From Macrostomum lignano (Eukaryota): 32,719 nucleotides of DNA. Under the pieces are notes generated by a model. It was not told where the DNA came from, did no database searches, and worked only from the letters and a program-made list of their open reading frames with translations. The stretch is from NCBI GenBank assembly GCA_002269645.1, contig NIVC01002807.1, positions 1-32,719 of the forward strand, given 5' to 3'. This document shows, piece by piece, positions 1 through 12,616 of this stretch (position 1 is its first letter; each line of letters starts with the position of its first letter). A program made the position numbers and the translations under genes.

Positions 1-1199
1 GTTTGAATAAAACTAAGTTATAACATTTAAAAGAAAAGCCACTGAGCATTATATTAAGAAAGAGAATTAAAAACTTTTTGTCTTTATTTAAACTTTTAGA
101 AATATCTTGAAAAAGTTACTTACAAAATTTAAATGCAAAAGACTTGCAGTTTAGTAAAAAACTTATATAAAAATTTGTGTGCAACTTTTTTATTACAAAA
201 TTGCCATGCAAAGACTCTGTCCTGGTATTTAATTTTTAACCCTAGCAGGGACTAGTAAGCAAACTATAATAGTAGATAAAATCTACAGTCTGGATCATGG
301 CATGCCTGTGCCAAAATAAATCTTTTCAAACAAGTTTGATTTTGCTATGCGCCAGAAAAAAATACTATAAAAAAGTTTAGCTTATACTATATGCTAGAAA
401 TATTCCTATCAAAAAGTTTGCTTGTATCATTTACTGCAAATTTCTAAAAAATGCAAAAAATAGTAATTTTTGTTTGAAAAATACTGGTAAAACTTGTATT
501 TGAATCTGTTTTATAGAAGATACAATGTTAATATATATTAATTAAAAAAGCCATCAATAGACTACATATAAAAAATGCTAATAAAAAGAAATAACTTGCT
601 AATTTTCTATCAAAGAAAATATTATCACATTAGAAGTTTTTGTTGTATCAAATTAGCCTATGCTAATTTTTTCATCTTGTGCTACTGCTACACTGCACCA
701 GATTTTTTCTATTGTCTGCTATTGCACAAAAATGCACCAGCATGGTGAACATCCAACCCTCTTTTGCACCAGAATTTTCTGTGAAAAAGCCATCTTCTTG
801 ACTAGGCCTATGGGATAAAATGAGTTGTACCCTTGATGAATAATCACTAAGACCTAATATTAACCAACTAAAATTACAACTTTGATCTTAAAGAATATCC
901 AAAACCTGAGATACAAACATTTAAGAATTTTATAGGCCATAATATTAATAATGCTCAAATATTTTAAATTACTATAAGTAATTAATATTCAAAAATGTAA
1001 CTTGAAGTTAAAGGCTTAAAGAGCTGAAATTTAAGGAAAGATTCTAGAATGATTTTAAAATGACCTGCACAAAAATTTTTATTACAATATATTGATTTTT
1101 TCTCAGAAATTTAGTTAAAAACTATATAGTAGATTTGATTTTGGATATAAAAATGCAATCAGTAATTCTTTGTCTCTTGTAGACTGCTCTGCTACATAC

Positions 1200-1509
1200 C
1201 TTTTCCATACATGCTTCTGCCTTTGTTTGTAACATCAAACACTTTTTGATTTACAGCAACAAGTATCCTCTTCTCTTCATTTGCCTCTCCATTGTAAACT
1301 GCCAAGTCCTCAACTGTGAAATCTTGTCTCTTCATCTTAGGAAGGATAGGTGAATCGTTTTTCTCCTCAGTGGAATCTGTAGCTGGCCTTTTGATTTTAA
1401 ATATTTTGTAGATCAGGAAAACGCAAACGCCCAGCAAAAGAAGATTTAGGGGACTTGTGACTAGCTCTGTAACCAATGACTTCGACACTTCCCATGTTTG
1501 GATGCCCAT
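1200..1509 (-). CDS. PGRMC1: PGRMC/MAPR-family cytochrome b5-like heme/steroid-binding membrane protein, coding exon 1 (rest lies left of the window)
   Basis: TM segment TSPLNLLLLGVCVFLIYKI closely matches PGRMC1 TSPLNLLLLGLCIFLLYKI; then LPKMKRQDFTVEDL..RILVAVNQKVFDVTNKGRSMYG (Cyt-b5 domain start). In-frame TGA two codons before the ATG. Strong phase-1 donor G|GTATGT at 1200/1199. No GPY..FAGRDAS exon found in 1-1190. Confidence 0.92.
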
Positions 1510-3672
1510 CGATCAGCGTTTCACCGAAAGCTGCTTAGACTTGTGGAAGATGTACAGCTGCAAAATTTACTATTTTTTCTAATGAAATCTTTAGAGCGCT
1601 AAAAGCTTGACTTTACAAAAACACAACTGTTGTCGCCGACTCGCCGTTGACAATCGTTGATTGATTGATATTTTGCATGTATATATATTGTATACAACAA
1701 GCTTTCTAGGAACTAAACTTCAATATTGATTTGAATGACATGATACAATTTTAACAGAGCTTAACAAAATACTCTATAACAAACTAGTTTAAGTGGGTTT
1801 AATTACGTTATCTAACATGCAAGGATCTATAAATTGTAATTGATTTTTACTTTAAAGAATAATTTCTTAGTATAGCTGACTTAAACTACGTTTATTTTAC
1901 TATAGGTCGTGTGCACGTGTGCATTCTTGAATTGTATTGCACATTCTTCACAGTTCCAATGTAGGCGATAGCGAGTGGCGTAGCCGATGGGCGGGCACAC
2001 TGAGAAACAAATTCGATCTTATTTTTGCATGTTTTCTTTTTTCTCTTGGTAGATTTAATTTATCAATGGAAAGTGGCCGTGCAATTAGGTGCCTGGCGTA
2101 GAAATTTTTGAAATGGTTACAAGAAGAATTTATGCTCATATCAAGAACCACAAGCTAAACGGTAACTTCTATTAGTCCTTACTTATACATCGATTATCAA
2201 AGTCCAACCAAAGCTATACGTGATGATGTACATGATGTACGAGTAATACTGGGATAAACTTGTACCTGCGTTCAGTGCATTTGGTTCGTGCATAAAATCG
2301 ACTATCAAAAGTCAAAACCGGTCTCAACCGTTTTTGCTCATAGCCCTGGGCTATCGCAACATAGCCAAATCAAGGAAAGTCCTGTCTTTTTCATCCAAGC
2401 CGCGCACTTATGGAGACAGGATGGAGATCGGGACGTGACTTGAATTCTCTTGATGAAGAACTGGGAGAAAAAACACCTGACATTTCGAGAAATAAACAAA
2501 ACTCAGGAGGTAGGAACTCTTCCTATTCAGAATAACCAACAACAACGTCATAGTCTACTACGTAGAAAAGTAGTAATTTGCGATTTCTTACTAATAAATG
2601 AATGCTCTGTTGGAATGAAGGCTAGCTAATTGCAGTGGCTATATTTAAAAGTTCATTTCAACATTTCAACATCGATCTCAACATCAAAGTAGACAAAGTA
2701 TATAGCTAAATTCAGTTAAAAATGAATTGACAAAGTTTTGTTGACACATAGCGTGACATAATTAGAAGCTGCAGTGCTGCAGAATGTTAGAAAAATGGAA
2801 AATTCCTAAAAAATCTTTTCGGGGATCATTGTGCAGAAAAGATTTTTATAACTGAGTCATATCACGATCCATTGTAGCTCGTTCTCAGGCTCATTCTCTT
2901 TACCTAATCCAAACGAAATTGTCCAGAATCAGGAGCACTAGCTGCGCTAGAACAAATTTCGATAAACTATTTCAGTTTTTGCCCAGTCAGCAAATCATAT
3001 TGATCTACACTTTTCGTCTCCATTGCTTTTTAGCGGTGCATGAAGATAGCGAGCCCAGCTGAGTCATCGTCGATACAGTCAGACGGTGACGAGTTCAGGG
3101 GAAGTTTTTGGCTTTGGGGGGGATTCCATTCCGTAACCCGACTGCATGGCGGCCCACAGTTCCCCCGGAGGGTGAAAGAAAAAAGTTCCCAGATCCCAGC
3201 CATTACCGCGGTATAGTCATAAATCACGCAGGGAGAGGGGATGGGATGAAGAGTTCGGTTTAAAAAAGTCACTAATGAATAATCGTTGCGAACCCCTGAT
3301 TGGCATTGTAATCAGTTTAAATCAAAGCCTTGCACTGTAAAAAAAAAGTAATTTATAGTCAGTCGCCAACAACTCAACCAACAATCAACAACGCATTTAT
3401 CCAAATCTGACATATGCCCATGCAGAGTCCTGCCCTGCTCGAATGATGAACAGCTTCTGGTTGTTTTTAGAGGTCTTTTTACCTCTCTAAACTAGATTGA
3501 CATCGGGGTAAAGATTTGGCAGCAATGCTTCAGACGGTGGCGTAGTCAAAAGGGGAGATCACGGGAGCGTCATGACCCTACTAAAGAGAGCCGATATTTA
3601 AATCTCGATCGATTAATAATATTCAAAAAGCATCAAATGAGTAATGACAACATAATTTTGTCAACAGACCTA

Positions 3673-4041
3673 AAGTGGCGCTTAAATCTCACCTGCGGAG
3701 CTTGTAAATTGGCGCCTAAATCTCACCTGCGGAGCTAAATTGGCGCCTAAATCTCACCTGCAGAGCTGAATTGGCGCTTAAATCTCACCTGCAGAGCTAA
3801 ATTGGCGCTTAAATCTCACCTGCAGAGCTAAATTGGCGCTTAAATCTCACCTGCAGAGCTGAATTGGCGCTTAAATCTCACCTGCAGAGCTGAATTGGCG
3901 CTTAAATCTCACCTGCAGAGCTCGTAAATTGGCGCTTAAATCTCACCTGCGGAGCTCGTAGATTCGCGCTTAAATCTCACCTGCGGAGCTCGTAAATTGG
4001 CGCTTAAATCTCACCCTGCTGAGCTGAATTGACGCTTAAAT
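3673..4041. repeat. Minisatellite, 31-34 bp unit TTGGCGCTTAAATCTCACCTGCAGAGCT(G/A)AA, ~11.5 copies
   Basis: Units read directly; orphan partial copies of CACCTGCGGAG at ~4172-4215. Confidence 0.97.
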
Positions 4042-4730
4042 ATTTTCTCAGTGACTTAATTATGCTACAGTGACTTTGACTATAGTCTATGGCTTGCTGT
4101 GGCTCTGTATGGCCCCAGAGTGATAGATACGAGCATACCTAACTAGATTAGATATCTATTAGATATTAATATCTCACCTGCGGAGCTCTTTCTTCTGCAG
4201 GAGCACCTGCGGAGAATATCTTTCGATAGAATTCTATGGAAAGGCTCGGGACCCCAAAATTAATGCCTAATCTTAACATGTCTAATCGAATTTAGTTTCC
4301 TGGTGCATTTTCAGCTAAAATTATCATTTATGACAGTAAGTATATATTACTTTCTGGCTAAACAGGAACTTTCCTTTGTTATTTATGCTTTTATAACTCC
4401 GTAAGCTCCCACGCCATACTAGCGCAATTCTAACCACTTCCGTGCAACCTATTGATATATTCGTGTTAGGCCTTCAGTTTTAAGATAAAGCCGGTTAAGC
4501 TTTCAGGTCTCGGCTGGAAGCCGTGCATGGGAGTTGAAAAAATATGGCAAATTCGTTTTAACAAAAACCGCACACGTGTGAATGAATCAAGTAATTACTG
4601 CGTGCGTCTCAGTGATGGTGGCAGGCAAAATAAACATATGAATAATAAAATTTTATTGCCTCTAACTTGCCGCCTGCCTCTGAGGGTTGTTGCATATTTT
4701 TTCTGCAAAATGTAACTTTTTGTGAAATCA

Positions 4731-5684
4731 CTAGATTAGCAATCCATTACATATTTAATTCATGAGCTAGATTAGCAATCCATTACACACTTTATGCATG
4801 AGCTAGATTAGCAATCCATTACATACTTTATGCATGAGCTAGATTAGCAATCCATTACACACTTTATTCATGAGCTAGATTAGCAATCCATTACACACTT
4901 TATTCATGAGCTAGATTAGCAATCCATTACATACTTTATTCATGAGCTAGATTAGCAATCCATTACATACTTTATTCATGAGCTAGATTAGCAATCCATT
5001 ACATACTTTATGCATGAGCTAGATTTGCAATCCATTACATACTTTATTCATGAGCTAGATTAGCAATCCATTACATACTTTATTCATGAGCTAGATTAGC
5101 AACCCATTACATACTTTATGCATGAGCTAGATTAGCAATCCATTACATACTTTATGCATGAGCTAGATTAGCAATCCATTACATACTTTATTCATGAGCT
5201 AGATTAGCAATCCATTACATACTTTATTCATGAGCTAGATTAGCAATCCATTACATACTTTATGCATGAGCTAGATTAGCAATCCATTACATACTTTATG
5301 CATGAGCTAGATTAGCAATCCATTACATACTTTATGCATGAGCTAGATTAGCAATCCATTACATACTTTATGCATGAGCTAGATTAGCAATCCATTACAT
5401 ACTTTATGCATGAGCTAGATTAGCAATCCATTACATACTTTATGCATGAGCTAGATTAGCAATCCATTACATACTTTATGCATGAGCTAGATTAGCAATC
5501 CATTACATACTTTATTCATGAGCTAGATTAGCAATCCATTACATACTTTATGCATGAGCTAGATTAGCAATCCATTACATACTTTATGCATGAGCTAGAT
5601 TAGCAATCCATTACATACTTTATGCATGAGCTAGATTAGCAATCCATTACATACTTTATGCATGAGCTAGATTAGCAATCCATT
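4731..5684. repeat. Minisatellite, 36 bp unit CTAGATTAGCAATCCATTACATACTTTAT(G/T)CATGAG, ~26.5 copies
   Basis: Head-to-tail near-identical units with no spacers. Confidence 0.98.
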
Positions 5685-7470
5685 GTTGCATACTCCACAA
5701 CAGCTTGTGCCAGTGAGTAATGAGAGATTACTGACACATATTTAGCTTTAAATTTCCGCAAAGCAGATACTGTCAAATATTGAGAAACCACACGGCAATG
5801 GCTGTACAGCACAAGAGCGGCAGTCAGTTTCTGCCATGCCCAGCAAGCGCAGGTGAAATTCACAATGAAAGCTGACGGTTTGATGCGGGCCGTCTGTCCG
5901 CTCAAAACAGCTCGTAATTGAGTTGCTAGCTGCGCTCAGTTATCTAGCTCACTAAACCCGTATGTAGGCGGTTCTCCAGGAAGAAAATTCCGAAAAATGG
6001 AGGGAATTCCCCCCTCCCCCTGTGATGACGCAACCCACCAACCAGCCCCAGCTGAAATATAAATATTGCAGTATTTTAATGCAGGTCAGAGCTAACCGCA
6101 TTTAATAAATGGTACACAACAGTTGAGGCTTGTAAAAGCCTAACGCAGAAGACATTATTATAAATGCAACATAATGTTTAACTATGGAATGGTGATCGTA
6201 AATAATAATTATCTCCTGTAATAAACTTGTGTCAGAAAATTTATATTCGGAGCCTTATATGCTATAATGTATAAGAGCTATAAGCATAATGGGGATAATT
6301 TCGAGACCAAGGATTCGATACAACCCGCCGACTTCAAACGTATTTTTTATATACAACAACTATAGGACTCGACAGAAGTCAACTTAGACTGCCGAGGTCG
6401 ACAGACGGACCCCGGCTCCATAAAAAACTTTACAGAAGGGTCGTGAGCAACCCTCTGTCGATGCAGAGCTGAATAAAATAAAATTGAAAAAACCAACTCT
6501 CGTCGGAATGGCGCCATTCGTTATCCGCGTGTTCAGGACAGGGATTTATGTTGAAATTTAGGAACTTATAGGAAAAAAACAACAATAGCTACACTTTAAC
6601 TCATCGAGGAAGCTCTCCGACTCTGGCTCTGGGATGCTTTTTGAGGGAAAGGCAGTCGTGGAAGTGGGAGGAAGCCCTGCTTTTTGGCTGCACACACAAG
6701 GATGCAGGTCTACAATTGCCACTTTGCCCTAAGACCTCCGAAGACCTCCAAGTCCAAACTCTACAGGGCGTGACTGCATGCAGTTCCATATCAACCGTCG
6801 AGAGAGGGAGAGAGAGTGGGGCATAGGGCGGCACAGATGGCCCAGTTCTCGACTTCTCGGCTATACATGCATGTGTTAAGACATTTTGGGAGAATTTGGG
6901 ACTGGGGCGGCCGTGTCCGGGAATAGGGTCTCCAGAGCACTGCTGCTGCAACTGCGCCGTGAAGCCAGCAGCTATGAGGCACCGACTGCACGTTCGCTGG
7001 GATCCTCCCCTAGCTGCATACGAAAATATTCTCTGCTTTTATAACAACTTGATTTAGTCTTCGCCGAAGCTTAAATCTATAAAAAACAGTTGGCTGAAAA
7101 AGCAGTTTCTAACCGAACTTCTCATCTAATTTGTCTACGAGCTATTTGTCTCTATTTGTCTATATTGAAAATCTCTATGAAAGATAGACGGCTTCTTGCC
7201 TTTCATTAATTATATTTCAATACAAATTCGCCTTGGGGTTTTCTCCGTATACTGCATGTGAACAACAATTCAGTTGAGCGTTAAGAGTTTTTAAAGCAAT
7301 AAAAAATATAAAAATTTAGGACAGTTTTCTAGAACAGTTAATTTGTAGAACATTTGCTTTTTGAACGAGCCCGTTTGAAGCAAACAGCGTACCAGTTAGA
7401 GAGGGGGAATATCCCTTTACAACGTCACAGCAGCCGCGGTTTGTGATTGGAGGGGCGCGTCTTTGGAAGA

Positions 7471-8415
7471 GGGGACTCCATCGAGGGGTGTGGGGGCGCC
7501 ATCGATGGGGTTGGGGGCGCCATCTAGGGATGTGCATGGGGCGCCATTGAGGGGTGTGGGGGGCGCCATCGAGGGGAGTTGGGGACGCCATTGAGGGGTG
7601 TGGGGGCGCCATCGAGGGGAGTTGGGGACGCCATTGAGGGGTGTGGGGGCGCCATCGAGGGGAGTTGGGGACGCCATTGAGGGGTGTGGGGGCGCCATCG
7701 AGGGGAGTTGGGGACGCCATTGAGGGGTGTGGGGGCGCCATCGAGGGGAGTTGGGGACGCCATTGAGGGGTGTGGGGGCGCCATCGAGGGGAGTTGGGGA
7801 CGCCATTGGTAGCGTCTATGGCGTTATATATGGCGTTGTATATATATATATATTGTATATTGTATATATATATGTTATATATGGCGTTATATATGGCGTT
7901 GGGGACGCCATCGTGTGGGGCGCCATCGAGGGGAGTTGGGGACGCCATTGAGGGGTGTGGGGGCGCCATCGAGGGGAGTTGGGGACGCCATTGAGGGGTG
8001 TGGGGGCGCCATCGAGGGGAGTTGGGGACGCCATTGAGGGGTGTGGGGACGCCATCGAGGGGAGTTGGGGACGCCATTGAGGGGTGTGGGGGCGCCATCG
8101 AGGGGAGTTGGGGACGCCATTGAGGGGTGTGGGGGCGCCATCGAGGGGAGTTGGGGACGCCATTGAGGGGTGTGGGGGCGCCATCGAGGGGAGTTGGGGA
8201 CGCCATTGAGGGGTGTGGGGGCGCCATTGAGGGTTGTGGGGACGCCATCGAGGGGAGTTGGGGACGCCATCCAGGGGAGTTGGGGACGCCATCGAGGGGA
8301 GTTGGGGACGCCATCGAGGGGTGTGGGGACGCTATTGAGGGGTGTGGGACGCCAGGGGTGGGGACGCCATCGATTGGGGTGGGGGCGCCATCGAGGGGTG
8401 TGGGGGTGCCATCAA
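7471..8415. repeat. G-rich minisatellite, 43 bp unit GGGGCGCCATCGAGGGGAGTTGGGGACGCCATTGAGGGGTGTG, interrupted by an AT-rich insert at ~7808-7900
   Basis: Units read directly; the unit is a dimer of ~21-22 bp halves and has four G4+ runs. Confidence 0.97.
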
Positions 8416-10013
8416 TGGGACAGGTACAAGGGGGCGCCACCTTAGGGCGCCAGCACTATCGAAGGTGGCGGCCGCGGCCACCTTTGCTTGCCCCCCCCCA
8501 CTGGTTCGCTCCTTCAACGCCGCAGAGCCCCAGCATGTAACTCTACAGCATTCCAGCTCGGCCTCTCGTCACTGTCACGGGCTTACTAGCTACCGTGTGT
8601 CTGTCGCTAAAGTCTGTTTGTTTACTCAATCGCCAAGGTCGCCGAGGTCACATGACTATTATAGACGGCGGAATCGCTCTCGGCAAAAATATGCCCCAAT
8701 TTTTTTCGGAATCCTTTTCAACGTCCGGCCAGATTGTTGACAGTTGACAGCGCTCGCCATTTTAGTGGATTGGGTGGCGGCGCAAGGGTCAGATGTAAGC
8801 GTCGGGCTCACCTTCTGCTCCCAATGCCAAACAAAACTCGTAAGCAACTTCCTTCCCACGAATATCAAACGGGTTCTTGTTGGGATAATACATCAACGAA
8901 GGGAAGCGCAGAGGAGTGGAGCCGTGAATCCTATCGGTGAGCCACCCAGTCTGAGTCAACAACCTGAACTTCTCGGGCGGCCGCTAAGCAACCCACAAAC
9001 AAGCCGGGCCAAAAAAGGACCCCGGAATGATTAGCATTAGCAAGTCCCTCAAACAGGGTCTGTTTGTCACGGAGAAGTCCTGGGCCCGCACAACAAACCG
9101 TTAACCCGTGACCCCCTGCGATACTGTAGACTGACTGCATATAGGGATAAATATGGAACAAAGAGCGAAAATTCGGAAACAGAATAAAGAGGCCTCTTAT
9201 CTCCGGGATTTGGTAAAGCAAAGTGTTCGCATTATGGGGAGAGAGGAATCGGCAACTACCCTGCAGACTGCAGCCCTCGTCATCGCATGGTTATTAGCAA
9301 GGTGAACTGAGTCATCGCCGCCCAGTGTTGAAGCGAAATGGGGCTTGAAAAGTACAAATGCCAGTTCTCCCACTAAGCCTATATGCAACAGTTTTTGATA
9401 CTGCAGCAAGGTCACCTTCAGATCCAGCACAAAGAACTGCTGGGCTGTCTCCCTGCATAGGGCTGCATTCACAGACAGGTACAATTTGGTGTCACAAGGC
9501 TTGCTGTGGCGGTGGCATGTTCTAGCTTGCCCTGCACAGCAAACAAAGACATTTTTTCTCTCCATCACAAGAAGGTGACTTCTGCCGCTAAACTGTAGTA
9601 GTGCCAGTTCTTATCAGCTATCAACCCCCCCCCCCGAAAAGAGTTCCGTAAGAATAAATAATGATTGCAACTATAGCTAGCTACCTTGCGTGACAAGGTC
9701 TTCGGTTGATACTTACTTCTTTCTTGGGTTCATTTCTCGAATACCAGGCCTGCTGGAGGAAAGTGAACTTAGTGAAGAAACGGAAACCTGGGGGTTAACT
9801 TAATTGAATTAGTCACCATCACGACTTAATGCATTGCTCGAATATGTTAGTTCGGTGTGTAGTGTCTGTAAACAATCAGTACAAGGCAGAAACAAGGGCA
9901 GCGACTACATATTTAGGACAAAATAATTCACCAACAAGTGCCTAGTGCGTAGCTCCTTCTGCTTTCTGCTCAGTCATATAAGGGCTGGAGGCCCTCGGGT
10001 GTTACGAGACATT

Positions 10014-10234
10014 GTCATGAGGTTCATCCAGTCCAACCCGCCTCGGTCATAGAGGCTTATCCAGTCCAACCCGCCTCGGTCATAGAGGTTTATCCAGTCC
10101 AACCCGCCTCGGTCATAGAGGTTTATCCAGTCCAACCCGCCTCGGTCATACAGGTTCATTCAGTCCAACCCGCCTCGGTCATAGAGGTTCAATCAGTCCA
10201 ACCCGCCTCGGTCATAGAGGTTCATTCAGTCCAA
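10014..10234. repeat. Minisatellite, 33 bp unit GAGGTTTATCCAGTCCAACCCGCCTCGGTCATA, ~6.5 copies
   Basis: Direct tandem copies, no spacers. Confidence 0.96.
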
Positions 10235-10713
10235 TTATCTACAGTCAATCTTATTTTTTTCACTTCAAATGTTGTGTCTCCGCCCAGGGGCTTATCTTAG
10301 GTAACAATTTTAAATTTATCTTAAAAATTTCAGTTCACATATTCAATAAATAGGTCCCTTGGACTGTCAGAACTTCGCTGTCAGCAAATATGCATCTTTA
10401 TACTTTCCTCTCAGTCTCTCCATCCTCCTACCTTTAGTATCTTCAGCAAGGCCGGTTTGTTTATGCGTATAGCGAATGCATGAATGGAACTGCTGTGCGA
10501 GTATTCTGTTTCCGTTGTTGCCTGTTACTTATGTTATGACGAAAAAGGCCTTGTCAAACTCAATGCAGCACGTGCCACTACGGGTTGCACCAGTTGGGAC
10601 AGAACTGACCTAGACCATTCTTCACATTGTTGAAAGTTCCCCCATCATCAACCAGCCATTAATCCCCGATTAGAGATCCCATTGTCCAGGCATCATCCAT
10701 GCCAATAAATCGA

Positions 10714-12198
10714 ATGCCCGATGCCCCAGTGTCAGATGCCGATGCCCCTGTTGTCAGATTCCGATGCCCCTGTGTCAGATTCCGATGCCCCTGTGTCAGA
10801 TTCCAATGCCCCTGTTGTCAGATTCCGATGCCCCAGTGTCAGATGCCGATACTTCTGTGTCAGATGCCGATGCCCCAGTGTCAGATGCCGAAACCCTCAT
10901 GTCAGATGCCGATGCCCCTGTTGTCAGATGCCGAAACCCTCATGTCAGATGCCGATGCCCCTGTTGTCAGATGCCGAAACCCTCATGTCAGATGCCGATG
11001 CCCCTGTTGTCAGATGCCGAAACCCTCATGTCAGATGCCGATGCCCCTGTTGTCAGATGCCGAAACCCTCATGTCAGATGCCGATGCCCCTGTTGTCAGA
11101 TGCCGAAACCCTCATGTCAGATGCCGATACTCCTGTGTCAGATGCCGATACTCCTGTGTCAGATGCCGATGCCCCTGCAGTGTCAGATGCCGATACTCCT
11201 GTGTCAGATGCCGATGCCCCTGCAGTGTCAGATGCCGATGCCCTCATGTCAGATGCCGATGCCCCAGTGTCAGATGCCGAAACCCTGTGTCAGATCCCGA
11301 TTCCCCCGTGTCAGATGCCGATACTCCTGGGTCAGATGCCGATGCCCCTGCAGTGTCAGATGCCGATGCCCCTGCAGTGTCAGATGCCGATGCCCCCGCA
11401 GTGTCAGATGCCGAAACCCTCATGTCAGATGCCGATGCCAGATTCCGATGCCCCTGTGTCAGATTCCAATGCCCCTGTTGTCAGATTCCGATGCCCCTGT
11501 GTCAGATTCCAATGCCCCTCATGTCAGATGCCGATGCCCCAGTGTCAGATGCCGAAACCCTGTGTCAGATCCCGATTCCCCCGTGTCAGATGCCGATACT
11601 CCTGGGTCAGATGCCGATGCCCCTGCAGTGTCAGATGCCGATGCCCTCATGTCAGATGCCGATGCCCCAGTGTCAGATGCCGAAACCCTGTGTCAGATCC
11701 CGATTCCCCCGTGTCAGATGCCGATACTCCTGGGTCAGATGCCGATGCCCCTGCAGTGTCAGATGCCGATGCCCCCGCAGTGTCAGATGCCGAAACCCTC
11801 ATGTCAGATGCCGATGCCAGATTCCGATGCCCCTGTGTCAGATTCCAATGCCCCTGTTGTCAGATTCCGATACCCCTGTGTCAGATTCCGATACTCCTGT
11901 GTCAGATCCCGATTCCCCCGTGTCAGATGCCGATACTCCTGTGTCAGATGCCGATACTCCTGTGTCAGATTCCAATGCCCCTGTTGTCAGATTCCGATAC
12001 CCCTGTTGTCAGATTCCAATACCCCTGTGTCAGATTCCGATACTCCTGTGTCAGATGCCGATACTCCTGTGTCAGATGCCGATGCCCCTGCAGTGTCAGA
12101 TGCCGAAACCCTCGTGTCAGATGCCGAAACCCTCATGTCAGATGCCGATGTCCCAGTGTCAGATGCCGATGCCAGATTCCGATGCCCCTGTGTCAGAT
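10714..12198. repeat. Complex minisatellite of ~19-24 bp variant units around TGTCAGAT(G/T)CCGATGCCCC
   Basis: Roughly 70 variant units; all three + frames stay open because the unit lacks stop codons. Confidence 0.96.
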
Positions 12199-12616
12199 AG
12201 TGATAGTCATTGTATGTATAGTCATTAGTGGGACTATTGCCGATATGTATTGAAAACAATTTAAAGCACTACTATCTAAACCGCGGGTGCAAAAGTTATA
12301 GACAAGACACTATCGTTGCCAGGCAAGTGTTTTGGCTATAAAATGCTTGAATTAAAATCCATAACGAAGTTCCATGACGAAGTTCGCGTTCATTCTTCTT
12401 CGTTCTGGTTCTGCAGCAAAAAGGTCTTGTTGGCTTGGCAAATCTAAAAATACCTTAGCAAAGTCTAATTTTAATTCTATTTGATGACCGAGTAGTTTAC
12501 AGTTTGATTCGCCTGAATGACACTCATGACAAGGATGTGTAGACAGTGCGTATTTTACGCGAACCCCAACTTCTTGATCTGTCCCGGGACATGGCCCCAC
12601 TATTAACAGTGATAAC

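Noticed and set aside
3333-3350. CACTGTAAAAA as a CACTA/EnSpm terminus
   Set aside because: No complementary TTTTTACAGTG end found in the window.
1974-3547. hAT-like left ends AGTGGCGTAGCC (1974) and GGTGGCGTAGTC (3536)
   Set aside because: No partner right ends or TSDs located.
4731-5684. CRISPR array (36-bp repeat; likewise the 33-bp array at 10014-10234)
   Set aside because: Units are head-to-tail with no unique spacers, there are no cas genes, and the context is eukaryotic.
7316-8540. Pro-rich and Gly-rich ORFs on both strands
   Set aside because: Translations of the 43-bp satellite, whose length is not a multiple of three.
12352-12600. 82-aa ORF between the TGTCAGAT arrays as a transposase fragment
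   Set aside because: No recognisable DDE, hAT-dimerisation or zinc-finger motif.
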